From assembly GCA_044238565.1 (NCBI GenBank), contig JBIIDD010000001.1, positions 1-28,644 of the forward strand: 28,644 bases of DNA. Direction: 5' to 3'. The position numbers and the translations under genes are program-made. Position 1 is the first letter of the stretch; each line of letters begins with the position of its first letter. Below, piece after piece: positions 1 to 7,283 of the stretch. The notes under the pieces are model-generated. The model searched no databases and was not told the DNA's origin. It worked only from the letters and a program-made list of their open reading frames with translations. This DNA comes from Candidatus Nanopelagicales bacterium. Lineage in GTDB: Bacteria > Actinomycetota > Actinomycetes > S36-B12.

Positions 1-1
1 C

Positions 2-133
2 GACCCGGCCAACACCAATTCCCTGGGCAACCTCGGCGGCTGGGTGGCTGTGCTCGCCGTGGGTGTCGTGTCGGCAGTCGTGGCCTGGTTGCTCGAGCGT
101 CGCTGGCGCGCGAAGCATCCCGTCGAGGGTTAG
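2..133 (+). CDS. 3' end of a membrane protein (partial; begins before the window)
   Basis: Frame 2 reads DPANTNSLGNLGGWVAVLAVGVVSAVVAWLLERRWRAKHPVEG* (TAG 131-133): a hydrophobic helix followed by a basic tail. Confidence 0.6.
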   Translation, partial: DPANTNSLGNLGGWVAVLAVGVVSAVVAWLLERRWRAKHPVEG

Positions 134-594
134 GCGCCGCGCCTGCTGTCGCCGTGATCGCGTAGGGGATCGATCCCCGCGATGTGCTGCCCGAGACGCA
201 GCAACTGCTCGTCGGTGAGGTCGTCGATGTCTGCCCGCACGTCGGCGAGGATGCGCCCGGCGATGTCGCGTCGGTGCTTCTCGATGTACGCCGCGAGATG
301 GTGGCTCGCATTCGCCTTGCCTGTGCCGTGTCCGAGCAGGATGATCCCGGATGCCGGAGCGAGTGCCTGAGTGAGCAGTGACCAATAGGCGTCGCTGTCG
401 CCGAGATACGTGCCGTCGACATTGCCGTCATGGTGGTAGACGTTGTGGTAGCGCTTGCGCGGATCCTCGGCGACGACATGCTCGGGAGAGGAGCGGTCGG
501 GGGAGTCCAGCGCGTAGATGCGCGTGCTGTGGAAGTCGACGGCGACGATCGCGATCCGCCCCGTCAGATCGATGGCATCGGTGATGTCATGCAT
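130..594 (-). CDS. eRF1/baeRF-like ('translational machinery'/host-attachment-type) protein, 154 aa
   Basis: ATG at 594 with GAGGAGG RBS upstream. Pattern IVAVDFHSTRIY...HNVYHH...YWSLLTQALAPASGIILLGHGTGKANA...LTDEQLLRLG resembles the release-factor-fold family (VVWIDHxxARIF...HHK...ILIxGPxxAK...TDxQL). No GGQ. Recognised by eye. Confidence 0.6.
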   Translation of the reverse strand: MHDITDAIDLTGRIAIVAVDFHSTRIYALDSPDRSSPEHVVAEDPRKRYHNVYHHDGNVDGTYLGDSDAYWSLLTQALAPASGIILLGHGTGKANASHHLAAYIEKHRRDIAGRILADVRADIDDLTDEQLLRLGQHIAGIDPLRDHGDSRRGA

Positions 595-595
595 G

Positions 596-898
596 TCAGA
601 CCTCCTCGCCGGGCTTCTTGGGCTCGAACCCGGCATTGCGCAGCATGCGCCGCAGGTCGACCACCATCTGCGTGTCGATGTCCTTGTGACGGGGCCGGTC
701 GAAGACCTCGGTCTCGGGGCCCAGCGTGATCTTGAGCTTGCCGTCGTGACGCTCCTCGACATCGCCCACATGCTCGAGAAGGGAGATCGTGTCCGCCCAG
801 CGGATGTTGTGGCTCGTCGGGTGGCTGAAGATCGCCGTGAGCGTGTTGAGGTGGTGATTGTTGAGGTGAATGGGCTCGTCACCCGTGCCGTGTGCCAT
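596..898 (-). CDS. HicA-like (dsRBD-like fold) protein, 100 aa
   Basis: NTLTAIFSHPTSHNIRWADTISLLEHVG...VFDRPRHKDIDTQMVVDLRRMLRNAG matches the long HicA subfamily pattern TLxAIFxxPxxxNIxWxDIxSL...VFHRPH..D...VxxxRxxLxxAG. ATG at 898 is preceded by CAGGCT-N6. Confidence 0.65.
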   Translation of the reverse strand: MAHGTGDEPIHLNNHHLNTLTAIFSHPTSHNIRWADTISLLEHVGDVEERHDGKLKITLGPETEVFDRPRHKDIDTQMVVDLRRMLRNAGFEPKKPGEEV

Positions 899-904
899 GC
901 GCTC

Positions 905-910
905 AGCCTG
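905..910 (-). promoter_or_regulatory. -10-like element (CAGGCT) 6 nt before the ATG of the HicA-like gene; probable leaderless transcript
   Basis: Same 6-nt spacing to the start codon as the TANNNT elements elsewhere in the window. Confidence 0.35.
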
Positions 911-943
911 CCAGACGGGCGCGCGGGAGCGGGTCGTGGGTCC

Positions 944-949
944 TAGCCT
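944..949 (+). promoter_or_regulatory. -10 element (TAGCCT) 7 nt before the SDR ATG; probable leaderless transcript
   Basis: TANNNT consensus, and no SD before ATG 957. Confidence 0.5.
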
Positions 950-956
950 GACCTCC

Positions 957-1700
957 ATGAGCAGTCGAGTTCTCGTCACGGGTGGCTCGCGGGGGATCGG
1001 CGCGGCCATCGCGCGCAGGTTCGCCGTGGACGGATGCCGGGTGGCCGTGCACTTCCACGCGAGCCCCGACGCCGCGCAGGAGGTCCTCGCCTCCCTCCCC
1101 GGCACGGGCCACGTCGCGGTGCGTGCCGACCTGCGTGACCCGGAGGCCATCGCTGGCATGGTCGAGGCGGTTGCCGAGGCCCTGGGCGGCATCGACGTGC
1201 TGGTCAACAACGCCGGGGTCTTCTTCGATCACCCGATCGATGAGGTCGACTTCGCCAGTTGGCTCGACGCGTGGCGCCAGACCCTCGACATCAATCTGCT
1301 CGCGCCGGCGCTCGTCTCCTGGCATGCCGTGAGGCACATGGGCCCGGGCGGGCGAATCATCAATGTCGGATCCCGTGGCGCATTCCGGGGCGAGCCGCGG
1401 AGTCCCGCCTACGGTGCGAGCAAGGCGGGGGTCGCGTCGTTCGGGCAGTCCCTGGCGAAATACCTCGGAGGCCGGGGTATCGCGGTCACCACCGTGGCAC
1501 CGGGTTTCGTGGAGACGGATATGGCGGCCGAGGCGATGGAGGGTGAGGCCGGGGCGGTGCGCCGGGCAGAGAGCCCCTTCGGGCGCATTGCGCACCCGGA
1601 TGAGATCGCTGCAACGGTGGCCTTCCTGGCTTCACCGCAGGCGGAGTGGGCGAGCGGGGGAGTCGTCGATCTCAACGGGGCTTCCTACCTCCGCATGTGA
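957..1700 (+). CDS. SDR family NAD(P)-dependent oxidoreductase (FabG-like), 247 aa
   Basis: TGGSRGIG Rossmann motif, LVNNAG, YGASK catalytic YxxxK, VAPGFVETDM. Confidence 0.9.
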   Translation: MSSRVLVTGGSRGIGAAIARRFAVDGCRVAVHFHASPDAAQEVLASLPGTGHVAVRADLRDPEAIAGMVEAVAEALGGIDVLVNNAGVFFDHPIDEVDFASWLDAWRQTLDINLLAPALVSWHAVRHMGPGGRIINVGSRGAFRGEPRSPAYGASKAGVASFGQSLAKYLGGRGIAVTTVAPGFVETDMAAEAMEGEAGAVRRAESPFGRIAHPDEIAATVAFLASPQAEWASGGVVDLNGASYLRM

Positions 1701-1736
1701 CGTCGCCGCCGGCGCCCGAGGGCGACCGAGGACCTG

Positions 1737-2567
1737 TCAGCCATCGAGGAGGAAGCCGCAGAGGATTCGGTTGAACTCCTCCGCATGCTCGATCTGCGTC
1801 CAGTGGCCGCAGTTGCCGAAGACATGCAGCTGGGCGTCCGGGATGAGCTCGAAGAGGCGCAGTGATGTGGCGAGGGGGATCACTCGATCCTCGCGTCCGT
1901 GGAAGATGAGCGTGGGCGCGCGGATAGCGGATACCGCCGATTCCGCGTGGGCGAGGGCGTCTACCCAGCGCTGGCGCGGCGCCGGGAACATCTCGGCGTA
2001 GGCCTCCTGCACGCCTGGGCGCGTGCTCGCCTCGTAGCGCAGTCGTGCCAGGTCATCGATTCCGGGCGCGGGTGTCGCCGTGAAGATCCGCAGGAGTTCG
2101 GCCATGGACTCCACGCTCGGCTCGTAGCCCCATACCGAGTCCAATCCCGCCGTGATGGGGAAGCTCAGGCCCACAGCCCCCATGAGCCCGAGACGGCGCA
2201 CGCGCTCGGGGTGGCGGATCGCCAGTGCCAGGGCGAGGGAGCCGCCGAAGGAGTTGCCGACGACATGTGCCGTCTCGATCTGGAGTGCATCGAGCACGCC
2301 CACGGTATGGCGCACCCAGGTATCCACGTCGTATCGATCCACTGTGCGATCGGTGTAGCCGAACCCCACGATGTCGGGTGCGATCACACGGAAGCTCGTC
2401 GCAAGCGCCGGGATGGTCAGACGCCAGTTGGCCCAGGCGCTCACCCCAGGTCCCGACCCGTGAATGAGGAGCACCGTGCCACCGCCGGGGTCGATGCCCG
2501 TGTCGTGCACGTTGGTGCGGATGCCGGCGGCATCGATCGCCTCGCCGATCTCCGGACTGGTGGTCAC
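1737..2567 (-). CDS. Alpha/beta hydrolase, meta-cleavage product (2-hydroxymuconic semialdehyde-type; TodF/CumD/BphD family) hydrolase
   Basis: HGSGPGVSAWANW, GNSFGG nucleophile elbow, HGREDRVIP (Asp), CGHWTQIEH (His). GTG start with GGGAGG RBS overlaps the upstream stop (GTGA). Confidence 0.85.
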   Translation of the reverse strand: MTTSPEIGEAIDAAGIRTNVHDTGIDPGGGTVLLIHGSGPGVSAWANWRLTIPALATSFRVIAPDIVGFGYTDRTVDRYDVDTWVRHTVGVLDALQIETAHVVGNSFGGSLALALAIRHPERVRRLGLMGAVGLSFPITAGLDSVWGYEPSVESMAELLRIFTATPAPGIDDLARLRYEASTRPGVQEAYAEMFPAPRQRWVDALAHAESAVSAIRAPTLIFHGREDRVIPLATSLRLFELIPDAQLHVFGNCGHWTQIEHAEEFNRILCGFLLDG

Positions 2568-3316
2568 GGCATGGCCTCCCGGGATGATGCGAGGGTCGAC
2601 TTCGACAGTTTCGCACCGGACGTGTCCGTCACGAGCCCATGATGCACATAGGTCGCTTGAGCCACCAGCTCGGCGTCAAGCCATCGGGACATGTGGATCT
2701 GTGCCGCGGTCGAGGGGACGAGATCGCGTCCCCGGACGATGTGGGTGGCACCGAGGTCCCTGTCCTCCACGACCGAGACGAGTTGATACGCCGGGAGATC
2801 ATCCCGGCGCCACACAACGAAGTCGCCCATGTCGACATCCAGGCGCACGACAACGTCGCCTGCGTGCACGATGGTGCCGGGGGGCACCACCACGCGCAGG
2901 GCAGTCGCACCGGGTTCGAGCGGCAGGTCACGTGACCGGCAGTCACCGACACAGCCCCCCGTCGCGGGCCGGCTCTGCTGCGATCGCGAACAGGCGCAGG
3001 CATATGCAGGCAGTCCGCGCTCCAGAGCCTTCGTGAGTTCGGCGCGGTAGTACTCGGTCTTCGCGCGCTGAGACCAGGCGGATTCGAAGTCGTCGACATC
3101 GCGGGGACCACGCGTCCACGTGATGCCCATCTCGTGCAGGGTCGTGAAGATGTCCTCGGCGTACTCGCGGCGGTAGCGCGAGGCGTCGGCGTCATCAATG
3201 CGAAGGGCGACGACGGCGCCTACTTCCTCGGCGAGGTCGGCAGTCCGTTTGAAGTTGAGTCGGTTTCCTTCATGCAGGAAGCCGCTCGGGGTCGGCGCGA
3301 TCCTGGTGAGGGGCAC
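2564..3316 (-). CDS. Glutamate-tRNA ligase family paralog (GluQ-like, catalytic domain only), 250 aa
   Basis: TRIAPTPSGFLHEGN (HIGH-like), LRIDD, YACACSR, DFVVWRRD, AYQLVSVVED, THIVRGRDL, KLSKS. No anticodon-binding domain. GTG at 3316 is preceded by CATGAT-N6. Confidence 0.8.
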   Translation of the reverse strand: MPLTRIAPTPSGFLHEGNRLNFKRTADLAEEVGAVVALRIDDADASRYRREYAEDIFTTLHEMGITWTRGPRDVDDFESAWSQRAKTEYYRAELTKALERGLPAYACACSRSQQSRPATGGCVGDCRSRDLPLEPGATALRVVVPPGTIVHAGDVVVRLDVDMGDFVVWRRDDLPAYQLVSVVEDRDLGATHIVRGRDLVPSTAAQIHMSRWLDAELVAQATYVHHGLVTDTSGAKLSKSTLASSREAMP

Positions 3317-3384
3317 GCGCCCATCATGCCAACGGAGCGCACGGGCCGAGTGCGCCACGAGCCCCGAGGGGCCCGGCCTAACGA

Positions 3385-3471
3385 TGGTGTCCGAGGGGGG
3401 ACTTGAACCCCCATGCCCTTGCGGGCACTAGCACCTCAAGCTAGCGCGTCTGCCAATTCCGCCACCCGGAC
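3385..3471 (-). tRNA. tRNA-Leu(GAG) with encoded CCA
   Basis: Reverse complement folds as a cloverleaf: acceptor GTCCGGG/CTCGGAC, anticodon arm CTAGC-TTGAGGT-GCTAG, long variable arm GCCC-GCAA-GGGC, T arm GGGGG-TTCAAGT-CCCCC, 3' ACCA; 87 nt. Confidence 0.97.
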
Positions 3472-3577
3472 GTGGTGGGTGATCCGACCGTGCGGGGACA
3501 CGGAACGATCGCCGACGGCGAGGATAACAACAGGCGGCAACCGCCCCCCACCTGGCTCCGCAGGGCAGGATGGGCAC

Positions 3578-4915
3578 GTGGACACCCCGGCGTCAGAGGC
3601 CAGCCCGGAAGCGCACGCTGCCCAGGCCGAGGTGATCGACATCCTGCGCGCGCTCATCCGGATAGACACCACCAACGACGGCACCGATTCCGGGCCAGGC
3701 GAAGCCGCCGCCGCGGAGTACGTCGAGGCATCACTCCAGGAGGCGGGTCTCGAGGTTGAGCGCTTCAGCACCACGTCGTCGCGACGTCAGGGTGTGGTGG
3801 CACGCATCGCGGGGACCGATCCGACACGACCGCGCCTGCTCCTTCACGGTCATCTTGATGTCGTGCCTGCCCAGGCGTCGCACTGGTCGGTGCCGCCGTT
3901 CTCCGCCGAGGTGCTCGACGGCATGGTGTGGGGGCGCGGCGCGGTCGACATGAAGGACATGGATGCGATGCTCATCGCGCTTGCACGCGCGTGGAGTCGG
4001 TCGGGGATGCGACCGAGCCGAGACCTGGTCTTCCTCTTCATCCCCGACGAGGAGGCCGGTGGGCAGCATGGGTCGCACTGGATCGTCGACCACCGTCCTG
4101 ACATCCTCGAGGGAGTGACCGAGGGAGTAAGTGAGGTCGGGGGATTCTCGCTCACGCTGCCGGATGACCGCAGGCTCTACCTGATCCAGACAGCAGAGAA
4201 GGGCATCGCCTGGATGCGCTTGGTCGCCGAGGGGGCCGCCGGCCACGGTTCCGCGCTCACGGGCGATAACGCCGTCACCGAGGTGGCCGCAGCGGTGGCA
4301 CGCATCGGCCAGCACCGTTGGCCCGTGCAGCTATCGCCGACCGCGCGCCACATGGTCGCGGCCATCAGCGAGGCATATGGGCTCGATCTCGATCTCGATG
4401 ATCCGGTCGAGCTCGCACGTCAGCTTGGCCCCGTGGCTCGCTTCATCGGTGCCGGTACGCGCAACACCGCCAACCCCACGATGCTGCAGGCGGGCTACAA
4501 GGCCAATGTCATCCCCGGCGAGGCCACGGCCGTCGTCGACGGCCGCTACGTCCCTGGTGAGGGAGAGGCCTTCCTTGCCGAGATCGATCGCCTGCTCGGG
4601 CCCTCGGTGCGCCGGGAATTCATCAATCACGATGTGGCGTTGGAGGCGTCCTACGACGTGCCGCTCGTCGATGCCATGCGGGCGGCCCTGGAGGCGGAGG
4701 ATCCCGGCGCGGCCGTCGCGCCGTACCTGCTCTCGGCGGGCACCGACGCCAAGGCCTTCTCTCGGTTGGGAGTGCATGGCTACGGCTTCTCGCCGTTGCG
4801 CCTGCCACCCGATCTCGACTTCACAGCACTCTTCCACGGTGTCGATGAGCGCGTGCCTATCGACGCCGTGACCTTCGGCGTGCGCGCCCTGGACCGCTTC
4901 CTCCGGATGGCCTAG
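3578..4915 (+). CDS. M20/M25/M40 family metallo-hydrolase (peptidase/deacylase), 445 aa
   Basis: HGHLDVV, WGRGAVDMK, DEEAGG, FHGVDER metal-binding motifs. GTG at 3578 follows CAGGAT-N6; the longer ORF overlaps the tRNA and was trimmed. Confidence 0.9.
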   Translation: MDTPASEASPEAHAAQAEVIDILRALIRIDTTNDGTDSGPGEAAAAEYVEASLQEAGLEVERFSTTSSRRQGVVARIAGTDPTRPRLLLHGHLDVVPAQASHWSVPPFSAEVLDGMVWGRGAVDMKDMDAMLIALARAWSRSGMRPSRDLVFLFIPDEEAGGQHGSHWIVDHRPDILEGVTEGVSEVGGFSLTLPDDRRLYLIQTAEKGIAWMRLVAEGAAGHGSALTGDNAVTEVAAAVARIGQHRWPVQLSPTARHMVAAISEAYGLDLDLDDPVELARQLGPVARFIGAGTRNTANPTMLQAGYKANVIPGEATAVVDGRYVPGEGEAFLAEIDRLLGPSVRREFINHDVALEASYDVPLVDAMRAALEAEDPGAAVAPYLLSAGTDAKAFSRLGVHGYGFSPLRLPPDLDFTALFHGVDERVPIDAVTFGVRALDRFLRMA

Positions 4916-4918
4916 TCG

Positions 4919-5119
4919 TCAAGCAGTGCGTTGCACGCGCATGACCCGGCGGCGCAGCCACACGCGCCGACGTCCGTCGGGGTAGATGCGCAGGCGCGCG
5001 AGCTCCCAGTGGCCGTATTCCGCGTACTCGGTGAGCACGCTCCGCGCCACGTCGCGCGTCGTCTCACGGGGCATCGCGAACTCGCGGTATTCGTAGGTGC
5101 CATGGCGCGTTGCCGACAT
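4919..5119 (-). CDS. DUF5703-family small protein, 66 aa
   Basis: YEYR...LTEYAEYGHWELARLRIYPDGRRRVWLRRR pattern, GGGAGG RBS, and the usual position next to the M20 gene in actinobacteria. Confidence 0.8.
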   Translation of the reverse strand: MSATRHGTYEYREFAMPRETTRDVARSVLTEYAEYGHWELARLRIYPDGRRRVWLRRRVMRVQRTA

Positions 5120-5140
5120 CGCTGCCCTCCCGCGAGTGGC

Positions 5141-6097
5141 CTAGGTGGACCCTGATCCTGGATCACCATCATGTCCGACGTGCATGGCTTCGTCAGCGAC
5201 TTCATCGAGGACTCGCCGGATCTCGGTGGGCACCGTGATCTCGCAGCTGGCCAGCGCGGCGCGCCACTGGTGGACGGTGCGCGCCCCTGCGAGCGAGGCG
5301 GCGACTCCGGGACGATCGCGCACCCACGCGATCGCGAGTGCGCCGGGCGTGGTGCCGAGGCCCTCGGCAGCGGCGCACAGACCGTCCACCACCGGACGTG
5401 TCGCGGCGGACCGGTAGCGGTGCAATCGCGCAGCGTGGCGCTCGCCAGCTCCTCGGGAATCCGGTGGGGTGGCATGGCGGTACTTGCCCGTGAGCACCCC
5501 GCCGGCGAGGGGCCAGGCCGCGATCAGGCCCGCGCCCACCGCCCGAGACGCCTGCGATACCTGCTCCGCCGGATCACGATCCAGCAGGGAGTAGGGCGTG
5601 GTGACGGCCGCTAGTGGAGCGCGATCAGCGTGCATCGCCAGGCCCGCGCCCACGATGCCGACCTGCCAAGCGGCGGCCGGGCAGAGCCCGGCGTAGCGGG
5701 CGCGCCCGGTGGCCACGGCGATCGCGAGTGCTGACACGAGTTCCGGCCAGGGCAGGTCGGAATCCCAACCCTCGATCGTCCACAGGTCCGCATGGGTGAG
5801 GCCGAGAGCCACGAGAGCGTCGTCGAGCCCGGCGAGCAGGTCACGCTGGGAGTCGGCCGCGGGGATGCGAATGCTCACGAACGCCTCGCGCCGCAGGCCT
5901 GTGTCCGCGAAGACGTCTGCGGCGAGGTCGGCGTCGGTCGTCACGGGAGCGATGTCGACCAGGTTGCCGCCCACGTCGAGCAGCATGGCGAGCTGCTCAC
6001 GTGCCTCCGCGCGATCGGTGCCGCGGCCCCAGGTGCTCGTGCCCAGGCCGAGGGCGCCGACACGGGCACCGGTCACGCCCAGGCTCCGTCGCTCCAC
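5141..6097 (-). CDS. Aldo/keto reductase family protein (catalytic motifs degenerate)
   Basis: LGLGTSTWG, GRARYAG, PLAGGVLTGKY, GART..Q. The expected DTAxxY, K and H positions are altered. Confidence 0.8.
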   Translation of the reverse strand: MERRSLGVTGARVGALGLGTSTWGRGTDRAEAREQLAMLLDVGGNLVDIAPVTTDADLAADVFADTGLRREAFVSIRIPAADSQRDLLAGLDDALVALGLTHADLWTIEGWDSDLPWPELVSALAIAVATGRARYAGLCPAAAWQVGIVGAGLAMHADRAPLAAVTTPYSLLDRDPAEQVSQASRAVGAGLIAAWPLAGGVLTGKYRHATPPDSRGAGERHAARLHRYRSAATRPVVDGLCAAAEGLGTTPGALAIAWVRDRPGVAASLAGARTVHQWRAALASCEITVPTEIRRVLDEVADEAMHVGHDGDPGSGST

Positions 6098-6103
6098 GTG
6101 GGC

Positions 6104-6109
6104 AACCTA
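6104..6109 (-). promoter_or_regulatory. -10 element (TAGGTT) 6 nt before the AKR GTG; leaderless, back-to-back with the TAGGCT at 6128-6133 (+)
   Basis: TANNNT consensus and spacing. Confidence 0.5.
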
Positions 6110-6193
6110 GCCACGACCGGGGGCGGATAGGCTCGCCCGACACGCGCAAGGTCGCCGGTCCGCCGGTGGTGCGCATCGGAATCGGGAGGGCGC

Positions 6194-7246
6194 ATGCAGC
6201 TCGGTCTCAACCTCGGCTACTGGGGCGCGGGCAACGACGCCGACAATCTCGAGCAGGCGCGGGAGGCCGACCGTTGCGGCTATGCGGTCGCGTGGGCAGC
6301 CGAGGCCTATGGCTCCGACGCTGCCACGGTGCTGGCATGGGTGGCCGCCCAGACCGAGCGCATCGACGTAGGTTCGGCGATCTTCCAGATCCCGGGTCGG
6401 ACACCTGCCAATACCGCCATGACGGCAGCCACGCTCGACACCCTCTCCGGTGGACGCTTCCGCCTCGGACTCGGGGTGTCAGGGCCCCAGGTGTCCGAGG
6501 GGTGGCACGGCGTGCGCTTCGACAAGCCGCTGGCACGCACTCGGGAGTACGTCGCCATTGTGCGCAAGGCGCTCGCTCGTGAGCGGCTCACCTACGACGG
6601 TGAATTCTTCACGCTGCCCCTGCCCGATGGTCCCGGAAAGGCCCTCACCCTCACGGTGCACCCGGTGCGCGAGCGGATCCCCATCTACCTCGCGGCCGTG
6701 GGCCCCCGCAATCTCGAACTCGCGGGCGAGATCGCCGACGGTTGGCTCGCCATCTTCTTCGATCCCGACCACTCGGGTGAGCTTCTCGGGCACATCCGTG
6801 CCGGCCGCGAGAAGGCCGGTCTCGGCATGGAGGGCTTCGATGTCGTCCCCACGGTCCCGGTGATCATCGGAGATGACATCGAAGCCTGCGCAGATCCCGT
6901 GCGCGCCTACTGCGCCCTCTACATCGGTGGAATGGGCTCGCGAGAGAAGAACTTCTACAACGCCCTCGCCGTGCGCATGGGCTTTGGTGAGGCGGCAGCG
7001 CGGATTCAGGATCTCTACCTGGCCAAGGACTACGCGGGTGCCGCGGCGGCGGTGCCCCTGGAGTTCATCCAGCGGACCTCGCTCATCGGGCCACCCGACG
7101 TCATCGCCGAACGGCTCAAGGACTACGCCGCCGCCGGGGTGACCACGCTCACCATCGCGAGCTACCACGGCTCCCTGGAGGAGAGGCTCGAGACGTTGCG
7201 CTTGATGCCACAGCTCATCGCCCAGGCAGGACTCGCGGAGGCCTAG
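6194..7246 (+). CDS. LLM-class F420-dependent oxidoreductase (Rv3520c-like)
   Basis: MQLGLNLGYWG, AEAYGSDA, TLDTLSGGRFRLGLGVSGPQVSEGWHG, AGEIADGW, YIGGMG; GGGAGG RBS. Confidence 0.88.
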   Translation: MQLGLNLGYWGAGNDADNLEQAREADRCGYAVAWAAEAYGSDAATVLAWVAAQTERIDVGSAIFQIPGRTPANTAMTAATLDTLSGGRFRLGLGVSGPQVSEGWHGVRFDKPLARTREYVAIVRKALARERLTYDGEFFTLPLPDGPGKALTLTVHPVRERIPIYLAAVGPRNLELAGEIADGWLAIFFDPDHSGELLGHIRAGREKAGLGMEGFDVVPTVPVIIGDDIEACADPVRAYCALYIGGMGSREKNFYNALAVRMGFGEAAARIQDLYLAKDYAGAAAAVPLEFIQRTSLIGPPDVIAERLKDYAAAGVTTLTIASYHGSLEERLETLRLMPQLIAQAGLAEA

Positions 7247-7283
7247 GGGCGATGCGATCCGAGACGTGGCGGCGGCAGGCGCC

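Noticed and set aside
595-882. Extension of the eRF1-like ORF to 882 as a single 250-aa protein
   Set aside because: The extra part is low-complexity S/T/R text in an alternate frame of the HicA-like gene; ATG 594 has its own RBS.
1701-1736. GTCGCC/GGCGAC inverted repeat between the convergent SDR and hydrolase genes
   Set aside because: Short stem, no U-tract, and expected by chance at this GC content; too weak to call a terminator.
3355-3376. GC hairpin just downstream of the tRNA 3' end
   Set aside because: Possible terminator, but only about 6 bp with a G-U pair and no U-tract; unsupported.
3413-3577. N-terminal extension of the M20 ORF
   Set aside because: Overlaps the tRNA-Leu gene on the other strand; GTG 3578 has a promoter-like element at the right spacing.
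4381-4400. Short tandem repeats (CTCGAT x3 here; GAC/GAT runs near 10220 and 28255)
   Set aside because: In-frame coding repeats (LDLDLD, poly-Asp); not CRISPR or mobile-element repeats.
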